From: Spirochaetia bacterium
GTDB taxonomy: Bacteria > Spirochaetota > Spirochaetia > UBA9216
Assembly (NCBI GenBank): GCA_963677925.2
Contig: CAXXYH010000003.1
Span: forward strand, 1,248,001-1,312,000
Direction: 5' to 3'
Length of the DNA: 64,000 nt
The position numbers and the translations under genes were made by a program. This document shows positions 49,354 to 60,846 of this stretch, in pieces. The first letter of the stretch is position 1. Each line of letters opens with the position of its first letter. A model generated the notes under the pieces. It did not search any database, was not told the DNA's origin, and saw only the letters and a program-made list of their open reading frames with translations.

Positions 49354-51417
49354 TCAGACTGTAAAGACCGCAACTTCAGAAGCCATCTGCTCAACACCGG
49401 CATTCATTTCCTGAGTTGCGTTGTTCACATTTTGTATAGCCTCATTAATCATCCTGGTGCCCTGAACCATCTCATTCATACTTGCATGCATTTCAAAAGT
49501 GAGTTTTTTAAGCTGCTCCATTGTACCCGATACATTTCGGCAGCCCTCAATCATAACATCCGATCCGGTCTTAACTTCCTGGGAGATATTGTTCATCATT
49601 TGAACAGACTCTAGAATAACCGAACTGCCCTCATCCTGCTCCTGCATTGAGCATTTGATTTCGTATTCCTGATTCCGGACTGATTCAAGCAGCCTGCTTA
49701 TATCGTCAAACTGTCGATCAGACATTGTGGACAGTGAAGCAATCGTTGAAATCTCTTCTTTAAGTTTTTTAAGAGCTTCAGAAATAGACTTCCCCTCAGT
49801 AGATGAATCCTCGGCCAGTTTTCTGATCTCCTCTGCAACTACGGCAAAGCCCTTTCCGGCATCACCCGCATGAGCGGCTTCAATGGCTGCATTCATTGAA
49901 AGAAGATTGGTCTGACTTGCAATATTCTGAATGACATCTATAGTCTCCAGAAGGCTGCTCGAGTTATTTTCAATACCTCCTGCAATCTCACTTAGTTTTG
50001 CAATGCCCTCTTTTCCGGATTCAGAAGCCTTTACAAGTTCGTCTATTGAATCTGAATTATTGTTAAGTATTTTTGAAACAGATTTTATATTCGATAAAAG
50101 TTCCTCAACGGCAGCAGATGTTTCGGTAACCACCGATGACTGTTCATTAACCATATCACTCAGACTGACTGCCCGGGACTGCATCTCTGAAATTACCCTG
50201 TCCGTCTCAGTTATTGATGCGGAATGTACATCACACTGCCCGTTAAGTCGGTTAATATTTGAACTAATCTGATTCATAGAAGCAGCGGTTTCCATCATAT
50301 TCTGACCAAGTTCCTCTGAAATCAGACCCATCTGTTCTGAAGACTGCTTTGTTACAGAAAGCATATCCGAAAGCCTGTCCACTGCAGTATTATATGACTT
50401 ACTCATCTGCCCCATTTCATCTTTTGAAGTCACACTCATTCTCAGGGACAGGTTTCCGTCTGAAAGAGCATCTATAACAGGAATCATGTTATCAATTTTA
50501 CCGGTAATAGAGCGTGTAAACAGTACCGAGACAACAACACCAATTAGTATAAATACAGCACATGCAATTATTCCGATTATCCTCATATGGGTCAGACTTC
50601 CCAGGAATTCGCTTTTTTCAGCAGTTACTACCAGTTTCCAATCAGAATTATCTATGACAAAGAATTCAGCAAATATATCCCTTCCGTTAAATTCATACAT
50701 GCCTGTCCCATTGTCGGAAGAACTGAAATTTTCAAAAAAGGCTGCAAGCCCTGCCAGTTCCGGATTATCACCAAGCAGCTTCAGAGGGTTAAACTGATCA
50801 AGGACCATGCTTGCATCCGGATGAGCTATAACAGTTCCCTCACCATTCACAATGTAGGCATACCCCGATTCTCCGAATCCCATAGCATCAACATAGCTGC
50901 TTAAATCGGTCCCCCTGGCTCTGCCAAGAACAGCACCGACAACACTGCCCAGATGAAATATCGGCACACAGTACATGACAACAGGTTCTCCAGTCGCCCG
51001 GCTGATTAGAACATCAGAAACAGCAGGCTTTCCGGAAAGGGCTGTTTTTATATAACTTCTATCATGCAGATTGATAGATTCTTCATCTGAACCGTAATCT
51101 GCAATGCCCCTCATATCGACAAAGGCTATCTCCAGAAAATCCAGACCCTTTTTTTCTGTCGAGAGAAATGCTCTTCTCTCCTGAGCGGTGACAGGTAAAG
51201 CACCTAGAACCGCTGAAATAGCCTGCAATTTACTGATTTTGAGATCAATTTCCTGTCTCACAATTTCTCTTCCGGATCTGACCTGTGTATCCATAAGGAC
51301 AGCAGTGGTATCCATCAGTGCATTTGATGCTACCAGCGTCAGGACAATTGCAGTTCCGGCTGCAACTACGGCTATAAGAAAACCTATTGAAATAGAGAGC
51401 TTTTTTGATAGTGACAT
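49354..51417 (-). CDS. Methyl-accepting chemotaxis protein (dCache sensor)
   Basis: Two TM helices, HAMP domain and [37 protein letters not shown]. Confidence 0.95.
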   Translation of the reverse strand: MSLSKKLSISIGFLIAVVAAGTAIVLTLVASNALMDTTAVLMDTQVRSGREIVRQEIDLKISKLQAISAVLGALPVTAQERRAFLSTEKKGLDFLEIAFVDMRGIADYGSDEESINLHDRSYIKTALSGKPAVSDVLISRATGEPVVMYCVPIFHLGSVVGAVLGRARGTDLSSYVDAMGFGESGYAYIVNGEGTVIAHPDASMVLDQFNPLKLLGDNPELAGLAAFFENFSSSDNGTGMYEFNGRDIFAEFFVIDNSDWKLVVTAEKSEFLGSLTHMRIIGIIACAVFILIGVVVSVLFTRSITGKIDNMIPVIDALSDGNLSLRMSVTSKDEMGQMSKSYNTAVDRLSDMLSVTKQSSEQMGLISEELGQNMMETAASMNQISSNINRLNGQCDVHSASITETDRVISEMQSRAVSLSDMVNEQSSVVTETSAAVEELLSNIKSVSKILNNNSDSIDELVKASESGKEGIAKLSEIAGGIENNSSSLLETIDVIQNIASQTNLLSMNAAIEAAHAGDAGKGFAVVAEEIRKLAEDSSTEGKSISEALKKLKEEISTIASLSTMSDRQFDDISRLLESVRNQEYEIKCSMQEQDEGSSVILESVQMMNNISQEVKTGSDVMIEGCRNVSGTMEQLKKLTFEMHASMNEMVQGTRMINEAIQNVNNATQEMNAGVEQMASEVAVFTV

Positions 51418-51671
51418 GACTGATTATCCCCGTTTTTTAATACGATTTTTATAGTTATTTACGAAAATTTTCGGAACTCCGGGGGGAATTGTTTACCAAT
51501 GAAATAATGAAAACCTATGATTTTTGAAATTTTTTTGCAGTTTTTATATTTTTAAATATAAAAAAAGGGACTTACCTTTTTTCAGATAGTCCCTTAGCTA
51601 CTTCATTGAGAAGACTGGCGGCTCATTCTCATTTAATTCCATTTTGTATTTAGTCTTGAAAGCCTTCGGCA

Positions 51672-52106
51672 TTAGCCGATGGCTTCCAGTTCTTTTTTAA
51701 TACTTGCAGGAATAAGAAAACGTGAGAAAAATCTTGCCAGTCCTTCACCGTAATTATTAACAAAGCTTGCTGCAGCTTCTTCAAGTGTAATTGCAGTGTG
51801 TTTTTCCCTCAGGTAGTTCCAGTGGTCAGTGATTGCAAGAACAAGATCACCAAGTGTCTGATTGGGGAAAGCTGCTTTGATTTCCCATGTGTTTATTGCA
51901 ACTCTTAAGGGGTGAAGTACATTTTCATGCCATGAAAAAAGAGCTTCATGCCAGGCAATTACTGTACCGAGTTCTTTCTCAAGCTCTGCCTTGTGTTCTT
52001 CAGCCTGAGCACCAAGAGCATTCCATCGCTCTTCATTACTTACCTGTATACCTTCACTGAGAAGCATTCTCTTCAGATTCTCTACTACAGATTTCTTTTC
52101 TTCCAT
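51672..52106 (-). CDS. DUF4032-like helical protein
   Basis: EALFSWHENV..FPNQTLGDL..DHWNYL..LEEAAASF resembles DUF4032 repeats; SD AGGAG. Confidence 0.6.
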   Translation of the reverse strand: MEEKKSVVENLKRMLLSEGIQVSNEERWNALGAQAEEHKAELEKELGTVIAWHEALFSWHENVLHPLRVAINTWEIKAAFPNQTLGDLVLAITDHWNYLREKHTAITLEEAAASFVNNYGEGLARFFSRFLIPASIKKELEAIG

Positions 52107-52359
52107 ATTGTAACTCCTTACTAAGAAGATTTATTCTTATCGATAAAATACTACTTTTTTATAAAAGTATCAAGTATTTTTGAAAAAAATTACAAATTTT
52201 TTCTTGACAAATACTCTATTTCCCCCTCCCTTGATAAAATACCTCATTTGTTTAAAAAAATACAGTGTTTTTAGTGAAATTGCACAATTTTTCATACAAT
52301 TTTAATAAAAAACCTCAATAACATAAAGCTGTGTTATAATGACGCCGGAGTAAGACTTG

Positions 52360-53928
52360 ATGTATCGACTGATTCTTGTTGATGATGAGGCCATAATCAG
52401 AGAGGGAATTTCCAGCTGTGTTCCATGGGGAAGCAATGGTTTTGAGCTTGCCGGACTATTTGAACACGGGGAACAGGCCCTTGAATTCCTTGAACACAGC
52501 CATGCTGATATTGTAATTACTGATATTAACATGCCCCGAATGGACGGACTCCAGCTCAGCCGTATTATTTCAGAACGCTACCCTAAAATCATGGTACTGC
52601 TTCTTTCAGGGTACGATGATTTTGAATACGCGCAGGAAGCCCTGAAAAATCAGGTGCGTGATTTCCTGTTAAAACCCATAACAGCCGGAGAACTCAATGA
52701 GGTGCTTAAAAGAGTACAAGCCGAGCTCGATCTGAACAGGGAAAATGAACGTCAGCAGGAAATCATGCAGGAGCGGCTGGAAAAAAGCTTCCCGCTGCTG
52801 CGTGAAAGATTTCTTTACAGGCTGGTATCAGGCAGACTCAGCAGGGAAAACTTCCTCCGCAGAAAAGACTTCTTCCAGTGGAATGACAGCCAGGCCTACT
52901 ATCAGGTCTCAATAATCAGTATTCCGCAAAGCTGGGATGATATTGATACGCTTACACTCTCGGAATACCTTAAATCCAGAGCAAGAATAGAAGACGAAGT
53001 ATTTTCAAACCGTGAAGAGGATATAGTACTGCTGCTTCAGGACTCCGATGAAAAAGCATTAAGCAGCCGGGCAGTTGAAATTGCAGAGGAAGCATTCAGA
53101 TATACATCAAATCTTGAAAAGGATCAAATATCCGCTGGAATCGGCGAGGTTGTAAACTCGCCCTACATGCTTCATGCCTCATACAGAGGAGCAGGTTCCG
53201 CCCTTGACTACTCCAGAGTCCTTGGAGTTTCACAGATCATGTCCATTAACGATGTGAGGGATAAAAAGCATATATCACTCGAGGGTTTTAATACAATTGC
53301 GCGGGAACTGACAGCATCCCTGCGTACCGGCAGCGATGATTCAGCTGCAGGCATACTGAGTGACATCTTCAGTTTCTTTGAGACTCACTATCTCACTATG
53401 TCGGAGGCCTCAAGCTACCTTACAAGGCTCCACTACCTGCTGACGCAGTTTCTGGAAGAAATGGATATGCTTCCTGCGGCAAACAGTGAACCGCTTTTCA
53501 ACCCACCCGGAAGCTTCGGCTCACTTCAGCAGGCAAAAAGTTATTTTTTCAGGGTTCTCAGAAAAATCGAGGAAATCATTCAGGTAAGAAGACATGACGC
53601 TGTCCTTTCCAGAATAGACAGGGCAAGGCATATAATTGCTGAAAAATATAAAGATCCGCGCTTTTCACTCAAAGACATATGTGACGAGCTTTACCTCTCA
53701 ACCAGTCAGTTCAGTTTACTTTTCAAGGAAGGAACCGGACAGACCTTTGTTGAATTTCTGACCGCCTACCGGGTTGAACAGGCCAAAAAGCTTCTAAAGG
53801 CTACCGACTTGAAGGGCTATGAGGTTGCAGAGCAGACAGGATTCTCGGATCCCAGGTATTTCTCAATAGTATTTAAAAAACTCACCGGGCTTACAGCAAT
53901 GGAATACCGCAAGGGAGTTGATAAATGA
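52360..53928 (+). CDS. YesN-type response regulator (REC + AraC)
   Basis: LVDDE, TDINMP, SGYDDFEYA and C-terminal AraC GFSDPRYFS. Confidence 0.93.
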   Translation: MYRLILVDDEAIIREGISSCVPWGSNGFELAGLFEHGEQALEFLEHSHADIVITDINMPRMDGLQLSRIISERYPKIMVLLLSGYDDFEYAQEALKNQVRDFLLKPITAGELNEVLKRVQAELDLNRENERQQEIMQERLEKSFPLLRERFLYRLVSGRLSRENFLRRKDFFQWNDSQAYYQVSIISIPQSWDDIDTLTLSEYLKSRARIEDEVFSNREEDIVLLLQDSDEKALSSRAVEIAEEAFRYTSNLEKDQISAGIGEVVNSPYMLHASYRGAGSALDYSRVLGVSQIMSINDVRDKKHISLEGFNTIARELTASLRTGSDDSAAGILSDIFSFFETHYLTMSEASSYLTRLHYLLTQFLEEMDMLPAANSEPLFNPPGSFGSLQQAKSYFFRVLRKIEEIIQVRRHDAVLSRIDRARHIIAEKYKDPRFSLKDICDELYLSTSQFSLLFKEGTGQTFVEFLTAYRVEQAKKLLKATDLKGYEVAEQTGFSDPRYFSIVFKKLTGLTAMEYRKGVDK

Positions 53929-55709
53929 AAAAGCCCTGGGGCTTCGGTACCCTTCAGTCAAGGATCTATACAATATTCACAATCATCATTTTTTCGGCCG
54001 TTTTTATAATGCAGCTGGTGGCATTCCGTTTTACAGTTAATACTGTAAGAAACTCAGTACTCGATAATAATGAAGCCCTTCTTGAACAGCTTGTAACACA
54101 GATTGACTCATATATAGGAGATACCGAAAAACTTGCCCAGGTCATTATCGATGACGAGCAGATTCAAAGTTATTTGAAAACTGAACCGTCAGAATCAGAA
54201 GAAACCGCCAGGAGTCTGCAGAACCGTCTGGCCGACTACATCAGAGCAAGAGGCGATATTTCAGAAATACTGATAATAGGAAATAACGGACAGATACTCA
54301 GCGGAGAACCTGATGCTGAAATAAACCCCTGGGTTACTATAGAAGAACAAAGCTGGTACAAAGCGGCACTGGAACAGGAAGGACATACAGTTGTCTCGAC
54401 TTCCTATGTTCAGAACATAATTAAGCAGCGTTACACCTGGGTGGTATCACTTAGCCATACTATAAATTCATCAGAGACAGGTGAATTCCTTGGAGTCCTG
54501 CTGCTGGATCTGAAGTTCAACCGGATAGATGAATACTGCCGCTCCCTTGTAGTTGGAAGCAAGAGCTATGATTTTATACTGGATGCTGATGGAAACTATG
54601 TATTTCACCCGATGCAGCAGCTTGTCTACAGTGAAATCCGCTCGGAACCCATATCAGAGATAATTAAACTGTCGAAAGATCCGGACGACAAAATGTTCTT
54701 TGATGGAGAACATTATTTCACACTTGCAAGCTCTGAGCTGACAGGCTGGCATATAATCAATGTGACCTATCATAGCGATCTTACTACCGACTGGAGGAAT
54801 GTACAGCTTTCCTACTCGCTTATAGGCCTTGCCCTGTTTGTTCTCGGAGGACTTGCAACAAATAGAATATCATCAGGAATTTCCAAACCGGTACGAAAAC
54901 TGCAGAACATAATGAAAAGCGTCGATTCCGGCGATTTCCACCTTATCGGTAAAATTGAAGGTACCGATGAAATACGCGAACTGGCACGCGAATACGATAT
55001 TATGGTCAGCCGTATCCGGGAGCTTATGGCACAGAATACCAGAGAGCAGGATCAGAAGCGGAAAAGTGATCTGAAAGCTCTTCAGGCTCAGATTAACCCG
55101 CATTTTCTTTACAACACCCTCGATTCAATTATCTGGATGGGTGAAATGGGGCAGAACCGGGAGGTTGTTCAGATGACCTCTGCCCTGTCAAAACTATTCC
55201 GGATATCTATCAGCAAGGGCCGTGAAATTATCACGATTAATGAAGAAATTGCACATGTTCAGTCTTATCTTACTATTCAGGAAATGCGTTACAAGGATAA
55301 ATTCCGATACCTTATTGATATAGATCCGGCTATTCATGAACTGCTGATTCTGAAAATAACCCTTCAGCCGCTTGTAGAGAACGCCATTTATCACGGAATA
55401 AAGGAAGTAGACAGGCAGGGTTTTATCAGTATTACCGGACATGTCGAAGATGATTTAATTATACTGACAGTCACTGACAACGGTCGGGGTATGGATGAAA
55501 AAGAACTACAGGAACTTGTGAGAGGCATAGAGGCCGCCGGTGAAGAACCGGTTCAGCTTTCCAGGCAGGGAATGGGCGTGCGAAATGTGCATGAGAGGAT
55601 TAAGCTGTATTTCGGCGAAGATTACGGATTGTCATTCAGCAGCGAACCGGGGATGGGCACCAGCATAACAGTCAGGATTCCGGACCACATTGAGGAGTTT
55701 GATTTATGA
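53925..55709 (+). CDS. YesM/LytS-type sensor histidine kinase
   Basis: ALQAQINPHFLYNTL, LQPLVENAIYHG, dCache and HAMP domains. Confidence 0.93.
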   Translation: MKKPWGFGTLQSRIYTIFTIIIFSAVFIMQLVAFRFTVNTVRNSVLDNNEALLEQLVTQIDSYIGDTEKLAQVIIDDEQIQSYLKTEPSESEETARSLQNRLADYIRARGDISEILIIGNNGQILSGEPDAEINPWVTIEEQSWYKAALEQEGHTVVSTSYVQNIIKQRYTWVVSLSHTINSSETGEFLGVLLLDLKFNRIDEYCRSLVVGSKSYDFILDADGNYVFHPMQQLVYSEIRSEPISEIIKLSKDPDDKMFFDGEHYFTLASSELTGWHIINVTYHSDLTTDWRNVQLSYSLIGLALFVLGGLATNRISSGISKPVRKLQNIMKSVDSGDFHLIGKIEGTDEIRELAREYDIMVSRIRELMAQNTREQDQKRKSDLKALQAQINPHFLYNTLDSIIWMGEMGQNREVVQMTSALSKLFRISISKGREIITINEEIAHVQSYLTIQEMRYKDKFRYLIDIDPAIHELLILKITLQPLVENAIYHGIKEVDRQGFISITGHVEDDLIILTVTDNGRGMDEKELQELVRGIEAAGEEPVQLSRQGMGVRNVHERIKLYFGEDYGLSFSSEPGMGTSITVRIPDHIEEFDL

Positions 55710-56692
55710 AAAACTGGTTTATGCTGTTTATCAGTCTCATTGCTGGACTCATACTTTTCATCATCCTTTCAGTTTTTTATGTGAAAGCTGCGCCCGGTGA
55801 ACTATCTCTCGAAAAACCGGTTCAGATAATTATCAAATCAATTGAAGGCCAGCCAATGGACTTCTGGAATGTAGTAGAAAGGGGCATCAATCAGGCCGCC
55901 AGAGAATACGGTATTGATGTTGAAATATCCGGACCAAAGTATGAGAAGGATATAGATGTTCAGATAAGCATACTTAATGATGTGATCGACAAAGATCCGC
56001 CTATGATAATTCTGGCAGCAACAGATTATAAGAGATTCGTAGAACCTGTAACCAGGGCAAACAACCTGAATATTCCAGTCATTACACTGGATTCGGGAAT
56101 AGATTCAGGAATACCTGCATCATTCATTGCGACTGATAATCTCGAAGCCGGAAAGAAAGCCGGACGGGAAATAAAACGGCTTATTGCAGATAGTGAGAAT
56201 AAAGGGATCGCAATAGTCAGCCATATCCGGGAAACAGCGACCGCTATCGACAGGGAGGCCGGGGTCCGGTCTGCACTTGAAGGCCAGAAAATAATAGGAA
56301 CATGGTTCTGCGATGTCATGCAGGAAAAGGCCTACAGAATAACACTTGAGCTTTTAAAAAATGAGGAGCTCGGCGGCATAGTCGCCCTTAACGAAGTTGC
56401 CGCCCTCGGTGTAGCCAGAGCCATAGAAGAAACAGGAAGCAAGGACAGAGTTATAGTAGTAGGTTTTGACAATGCTATCAGGGAACTGTCATACCTTGAA
56501 GAAGGTGTCATAAAAGCAACTGTGGTTCAGCGCCCCTACAACATGGGCTACCTGTCGGTAAAGACCGCAGCCGAATACCTGCTTGGCAATCCCGTTCCTG
56601 ACTTTATAGACACCGGCTCTGTACTTATAACACGTGAGAACATGTTTCAGCGTGAATACCAGGAATTATTGTACCCTTTCAGCACCAGATAG
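55706..56692 (+). CDS. Sugar-binding protein (periplasmic binding fold), probable co-sensor of the kinase
   Basis: FWNVVERG, IPVITLDSG, IATDNLEAG, VGFD and QRPYNMGY; translationally coupled to the kinase. Confidence 0.88.
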   Translation: MKNWFMLFISLIAGLILFIILSVFYVKAAPGELSLEKPVQIIIKSIEGQPMDFWNVVERGINQAAREYGIDVEISGPKYEKDIDVQISILNDVIDKDPPMIILAATDYKRFVEPVTRANNLNIPVITLDSGIDSGIPASFIATDNLEAGKKAGREIKRLIADSENKGIAIVSHIRETATAIDREAGVRSALEGQKIIGTWFCDVMQEKAYRITLELLKNEELGGIVALNEVAALGVARAIEETGSKDRVIVVGFDNAIRELSYLEEGVIKATVVQRPYNMGYLSVKTAAEYLLGNPVPDFIDTGSVLITRENMFQREYQELLYPFSTR

Positions 56693-56786
56693 GAAAATCT
56701 TCAACAAAATCCGTAAATTTCTCGATTTCGCGATCCTTATTCTGCCCTGATAATTTAATTAACCAATAAATAAGGAGACGCTAGTC

Positions 56787-58292
56787 GTGAGAGAAACAGT
56801 ACTCTCCATGAAGAATATTGAGAAGCGTTTTACCGGTGTTCATGCCCTCAAGGGGGTAAACTTCGACCTGCGCGAAGGTGAGATTCATGCCCTTGTAGGG
56901 GAGAACGGAGCCGGAAAATCCACTCTCATGAAAGCACTGACCGGGATATTCCCCAAAGACTCAGGAGAAATCCATTACCTGGGAAAACTATACAACCCGG
57001 CAAGCCCCAAAGAAGCCCTTGAAAAAGGCATCGGCATCATCCATCAGGAACTTAATATGATGGAAGAGCTCACTGTAGCCCAGAACATCTTTATAGGAAG
57101 GGAATCAACCAGGGGCATCTTCCTCAGCGAAAAAAAACAGAATCAGAGAACCCTTGAATTATTCAACCGATTGAATATGGATATAGATCCTACAATTACC
57201 CTTGGCAGACTTACAGTAGGCAAGCAGCAGATGGTAGAGATTGCCAAGGCTGTATCGCATGATCTCAAGATTCTTATTCTTGATGAGCCGACCGCAGCGC
57301 TTACAGAAACAGAGATCAACGACCTTTTCACCATAATGAGAGATCTGGCTTCGAAAGGAGTTGCCATGATTTACATCTCACACAGAATGGATGAAATCGG
57401 TGTGATAACCGACCGTGTCACCGTAATGCGTGACGGTGAGTATGTCGGGACAAAGGATACTCCGGATGTAACTAAGGAAGAAATCATCAACATGATGGTA
57501 GGCCGTGTTATCTATGAGGATCCTAAGTCTGAAAGCAATGTACCTGAAGGTTCTCCGGTAGTTCTTGAGGTCAAGAACCTGAGCGCCGGCAGAATGGTCA
57601 AGGATGTTTCCTTTACATTGAAAAAAGGCGAGATACTCGGTTTTGCCGGCCTCATGGGAGCGGGAAGAACAGAGACAGCCCGTGCAATCTTCGGGGCAGA
57701 TCATATAGACAGCGGAAGTATTCTCATTAACGGCCGTCCGGCAAGAATAAAAACCCCGATGGATGCTGTCGGACACGGAATCGGCTACCTGAGCGAGGAC
57801 AGAAAACGCTACGGGCTCGCCGTCGGAATGAATGTGACAGACAATTCAATAATTGCATCATATGAAAAATACGAGCGAGGACTCTTCATCCACAAGAAAA
57901 AGGTTGAAGAAGTTGTCGGAGACTACGTATCAAAGCTGAAAGTTAAAACTCCAAGCCTTGATCAGCTGCTTAAAAACCTATCAGGCGGAAACCAGCAGAA
58001 AGTAGTTATTGCAAAATGGCTTATCAGAAACAGCGATATTCTGATATTCGATGAGCCTACCAGGGGAATTGATGTCGGTGCAAAAAGTGAAATATATACC
58101 CTTATTAATACCCTGGCCAAGGAAGGAAAATCGATCATCATGATCTCTTCCGAACTGACTGAAGTTCTTAGAATGAGCGACAGAATTATGGTCATGTGTG
58201 AGGGCAAAATTACAGGCGAGCTGGATATAGAAGATGCATCCCAGGAAAAAATCATGCACTACGCGACAATGAGAAATCAGGAGAGTAAATAA
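56787..58292 (+). CDS. Monosaccharide ABC transporter ATPase (RbsA/MglA type)
   Basis: GENGAGKST, tandem NBDs, LSGGNQQK and DEPTRGIDVGAK. Confidence 0.95.
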   Translation: MRETVLSMKNIEKRFTGVHALKGVNFDLREGEIHALVGENGAGKSTLMKALTGIFPKDSGEIHYLGKLYNPASPKEALEKGIGIIHQELNMMEELTVAQNIFIGRESTRGIFLSEKKQNQRTLELFNRLNMDIDPTITLGRLTVGKQQMVEIAKAVSHDLKILILDEPTAALTETEINDLFTIMRDLASKGVAMIYISHRMDEIGVITDRVTVMRDGEYVGTKDTPDVTKEEIINMMVGRVIYEDPKSESNVPEGSPVVLEVKNLSAGRMVKDVSFTLKKGEILGFAGLMGAGRTETARAIFGADHIDSGSILINGRPARIKTPMDAVGHGIGYLSEDRKRYGLAVGMNVTDNSIIASYEKYERGLFIHKKKVEEVVGDYVSKLKVKTPSLDQLLKNLSGGNQQKVVIAKWLIRNSDILIFDEPTRGIDVGAKSEIYTLINTLAKEGKSIIMISSELTEVLRMSDRIMVMCEGKITGELDIEDASQEKIMHYATMRNQESK

Positions 58293-59536
58293 TGGAATCA
58301 CTCGATAACAAAACAATGCTGGAGAGGATGAAAGAAGTCGGAATGCAGAAATTTCTGGCACCGGCAGCCCTTATAATTCTTTATGTCTTTTTCGGGCTCT
58401 TCGGTAGAAACTTCTTTTCATACACAACACTGGTAAACATCCTTGATTCATCCTATTACATTGGTTTCATTTCAATCGGTGTAACTTTTGTAATAATCAC
58501 CGGAGGAATAGACCTTTCCTGCGGAACTGTAATGATGTGTGCGGCAATTATCGGCGGAACTGCATATAAAACCTGGGGCTGGCCGATGTGGGCGGCTCTG
58601 ATTCTGATAATGATCATTGCAACGGGTTTCGGATTCTTCAACGGTTTCATGGTTTCAAGCCTGAATCTTCCGCCCTTTATTGCAACCCTTGGAACAATGA
58701 TGATTTCAATGGGTGTCGGTTCAATAGTGTCGAATGTTAGAAGTGCGACCTTCCCTACCCGTTCAAATGCTGACGGATGGTTCAAGAATCTGTTCAAGTA
58801 TATTACCGAAGACCGTTTTTCAATACCGACGGGAGCAATAATCCTGTTCGGTGTCGCGATACTGGCCTTTATTATTCTTTCCAAAACAAAGATGGGCAGG
58901 TACATCTTTGCCATAGGCAGCAACAAGGAAGCTGCCAGACTTTCCGGTGTAAACGTTAAGAAATGGGAAATGATGGCCTATGTTGTAAGCGGAGTAAGCG
59001 CGGGTATAGGCGGTATCGCATTCGCTGCTGTTTATACAACAGTTATGCCTGCACAGGGCCAGGGCTTTGAGCTCTACGCTATTGCCGGTGCGGTTATTGG
59101 CGGAACATCACTCTCCGGAGGAATCGGTTCAGTCTTCGGCACAATGATCGGTGTATATATTATGAGTGTACTCAGAGCTGGCCTTCCGTCAATGGATCTG
59201 CAGGCCCACTACCAGACCTTCTTTACCGGTGTTGTCGTAATCGGAGCTGTACTGCTTGATATCTACCGCAACAAGAAAGCTTCTGAGGTAAAGATCCTGA
59301 CTCCTGCCGATACATACAAGCTGCAGATGCAGGAAACAATTTCCGACCTGAAAAAACAGCTGTCATCAGCATCAGGAGCTCAGGCTGAAAAACTTAAAAA
59401 AGAAATAGCAGATGCAAAGACTCAGCTTAGTGCCAACTTTGCAAAAATGAAGGCTGAAGAGAAGGCTGAAAAAGCAAAACTTATAGCCGAAGAAAAAGCT
59501 GCTGAAAGAGAATTCCAGCAGCAGAAAGAACAGTGA
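58292..59536 (+). CDS. Monosaccharide ABC transporter permease with a C-terminal charged helical extension
   Basis: IITGGIDLS, PFIATLG, AIGSNKEAARLSG and AIAGAVIGGTSL. Confidence 0.93.
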   Translation: MESLDNKTMLERMKEVGMQKFLAPAALIILYVFFGLFGRNFFSYTTLVNILDSSYYIGFISIGVTFVIITGGIDLSCGTVMMCAAIIGGTAYKTWGWPMWAALILIMIIATGFGFFNGFMVSSLNLPPFIATLGTMMISMGVGSIVSNVRSATFPTRSNADGWFKNLFKYITEDRFSIPTGAIILFGVAILAFIILSKTKMGRYIFAIGSNKEAARLSGVNVKKWEMMAYVVSGVSAGIGGIAFAAVYTTVMPAQGQGFELYAIAGAVIGGTSLSGGIGSVFGTMIGVYIMSVLRAGLPSMDLQAHYQTFFTGVVVIGAVLLDIYRNKKASEVKILTPADTYKLQMQETISDLKKQLSSASGAQAEKLKKEIADAKTQLSANFAKMKAEEKAEKAKLIAEEKAAEREFQQQKEQ

Positions 59537-59613
59537 ATTATCCCGGATAACGGGATTCACCCGAGTATTCGGGGATAGACTCGCGTATGCGGGTTAATTA
59601 TAGGAGGACTTTT

Positions 59614-60738
59614 ATGAAAATTTTCAAAAGAGCTGGAATTCTGGTTCTACTGGCAGTAGTTCTTGCAGCTTTCTCCACAGTTTCCTGTAAAAAGGATGAC
59701 GGGGGCGGTGAAGCAAAGGCAGCCAAGGCTGAAACTCCGTACATAGCGGTCGTTTCAAAAGGTGAACAGCATGATTTCTGGCAGCAGGTTAAGAAGGGAG
59801 CAAATGCAGCTGCAGACAAGTACGGTGTTGATATTACTTTTGAAGGACCACCTTCAGAAAGCGATGTTCAGATCCAGGTAGAAATGCTCAATAACGCAAT
59901 GGCTAAGAATCCTGTAGCTATAGCCCTTGCCGCACTTGATACCACATCTGTAATGGACCAGCTTCAGCAGTGCAAGGATAACGGAATTCCTGTAATAGGT
60001 TTTGACTCCGGTGTTCCTAATGCTCCGGCAGGTGCTATTTATGCTAACGCTTCAACAGACAACTACAATGCAGCTGGAATGGCCGCAAAGAAGATGTTTG
60101 AAGTTATCGGCGACAAAATCAAGGCAGCAACCGATGCAAGTCCTGTAACTATCGTAGTTATGAACCAGGATGCAGCCGGTGAATCACTCCTCTCCAGAGG
60201 TAAGGGATTCAGAGATACCATGGTTGATCTCATTATCAACAATACAGATCTCACTGCAGACGACATTAAAGTTATGGGTAACCCCGCCTATGTTGATTCA
60301 AAGAATCCAACCAAGGGTAAAAAGGTTATGATAGATATGGTTGTTCCTGCTTCAGCAGCAGCAACTGATGCAGCAGCAGCTTCTACAGCAGTTCTGAACA
60401 AAGTAAAAGAAGCCAATATAGTTGGTGTATTCTGTTCAAACGAAGCTACTGTAAAGGGTATTCTTGCAGCAACAAACGATGGTGCAGATCTTCCTGCAAT
60501 GTATGAAGGTCTTGTGGTTATCGGCTTTGATGCCGGTGAAGGCCAGAAAAATGCAGTTAGAAACCAGTACTTCCTCGGTTCAATCACCCAGGATCCGTAC
60601 TCAATCGGCTACAAGGCAGTTGAACTTGCTTTCACAGCATACCAGGGCAAATCCGTATCTGATGTAGATACAGGGGCCAAGTTCTATACTAAGGACAATA
60701 TGGATGATGCTGATATTGAAGGTCTTCTTTACGACTGA
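59614..60738 (+). CDS. Monosaccharide ABC transporter substrate-binding lipoprotein
   Basis: Lipobox TVSC, SKGEQHDFW, PVIGFDSG and ITQDPYSIGY; SD AGGAGG. Confidence 0.93.
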   Translation: MKIFKRAGILVLLAVVLAAFSTVSCKKDDGGGEAKAAKAETPYIAVVSKGEQHDFWQQVKKGANAAADKYGVDITFEGPPSESDVQIQVEMLNNAMAKNPVAIALAALDTTSVMDQLQQCKDNGIPVIGFDSGVPNAPAGAIYANASTDNYNAAGMAAKKMFEVIGDKIKAATDASPVTIVVMNQDAAGESLLSRGKGFRDTMVDLIINNTDLTADDIKVMGNPAYVDSKNPTKGKKVMIDMVVPASAAATDAAAASTAVLNKVKEANIVGVFCSNEATVKGILAATNDGADLPAMYEGLVVIGFDAGEGQKNAVRNQYFLGSITQDPYSIGYKAVELAFTAYQGKSVSDVDTGAKFYTKDNMDDADIEGLLYD

Positions 60739-60782
60739 TTTTTCAGCAGCCCGGTTTATCTGATATAATCCGGAAGAATATA

Positions 60783-60822
60783 AATGGCTGGCCGGGAATA
60801 ACACCTGACCAGCCATTTTTTT
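60783..60822 (+). terminator. Terminator after the sugar ABC operon
   Basis: AATGGCTGG..CCAGCCATT followed by a T run. Confidence 0.7.
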
Positions 60823-60846
60823 GTATGAAAAACAGGATATAAAGCG

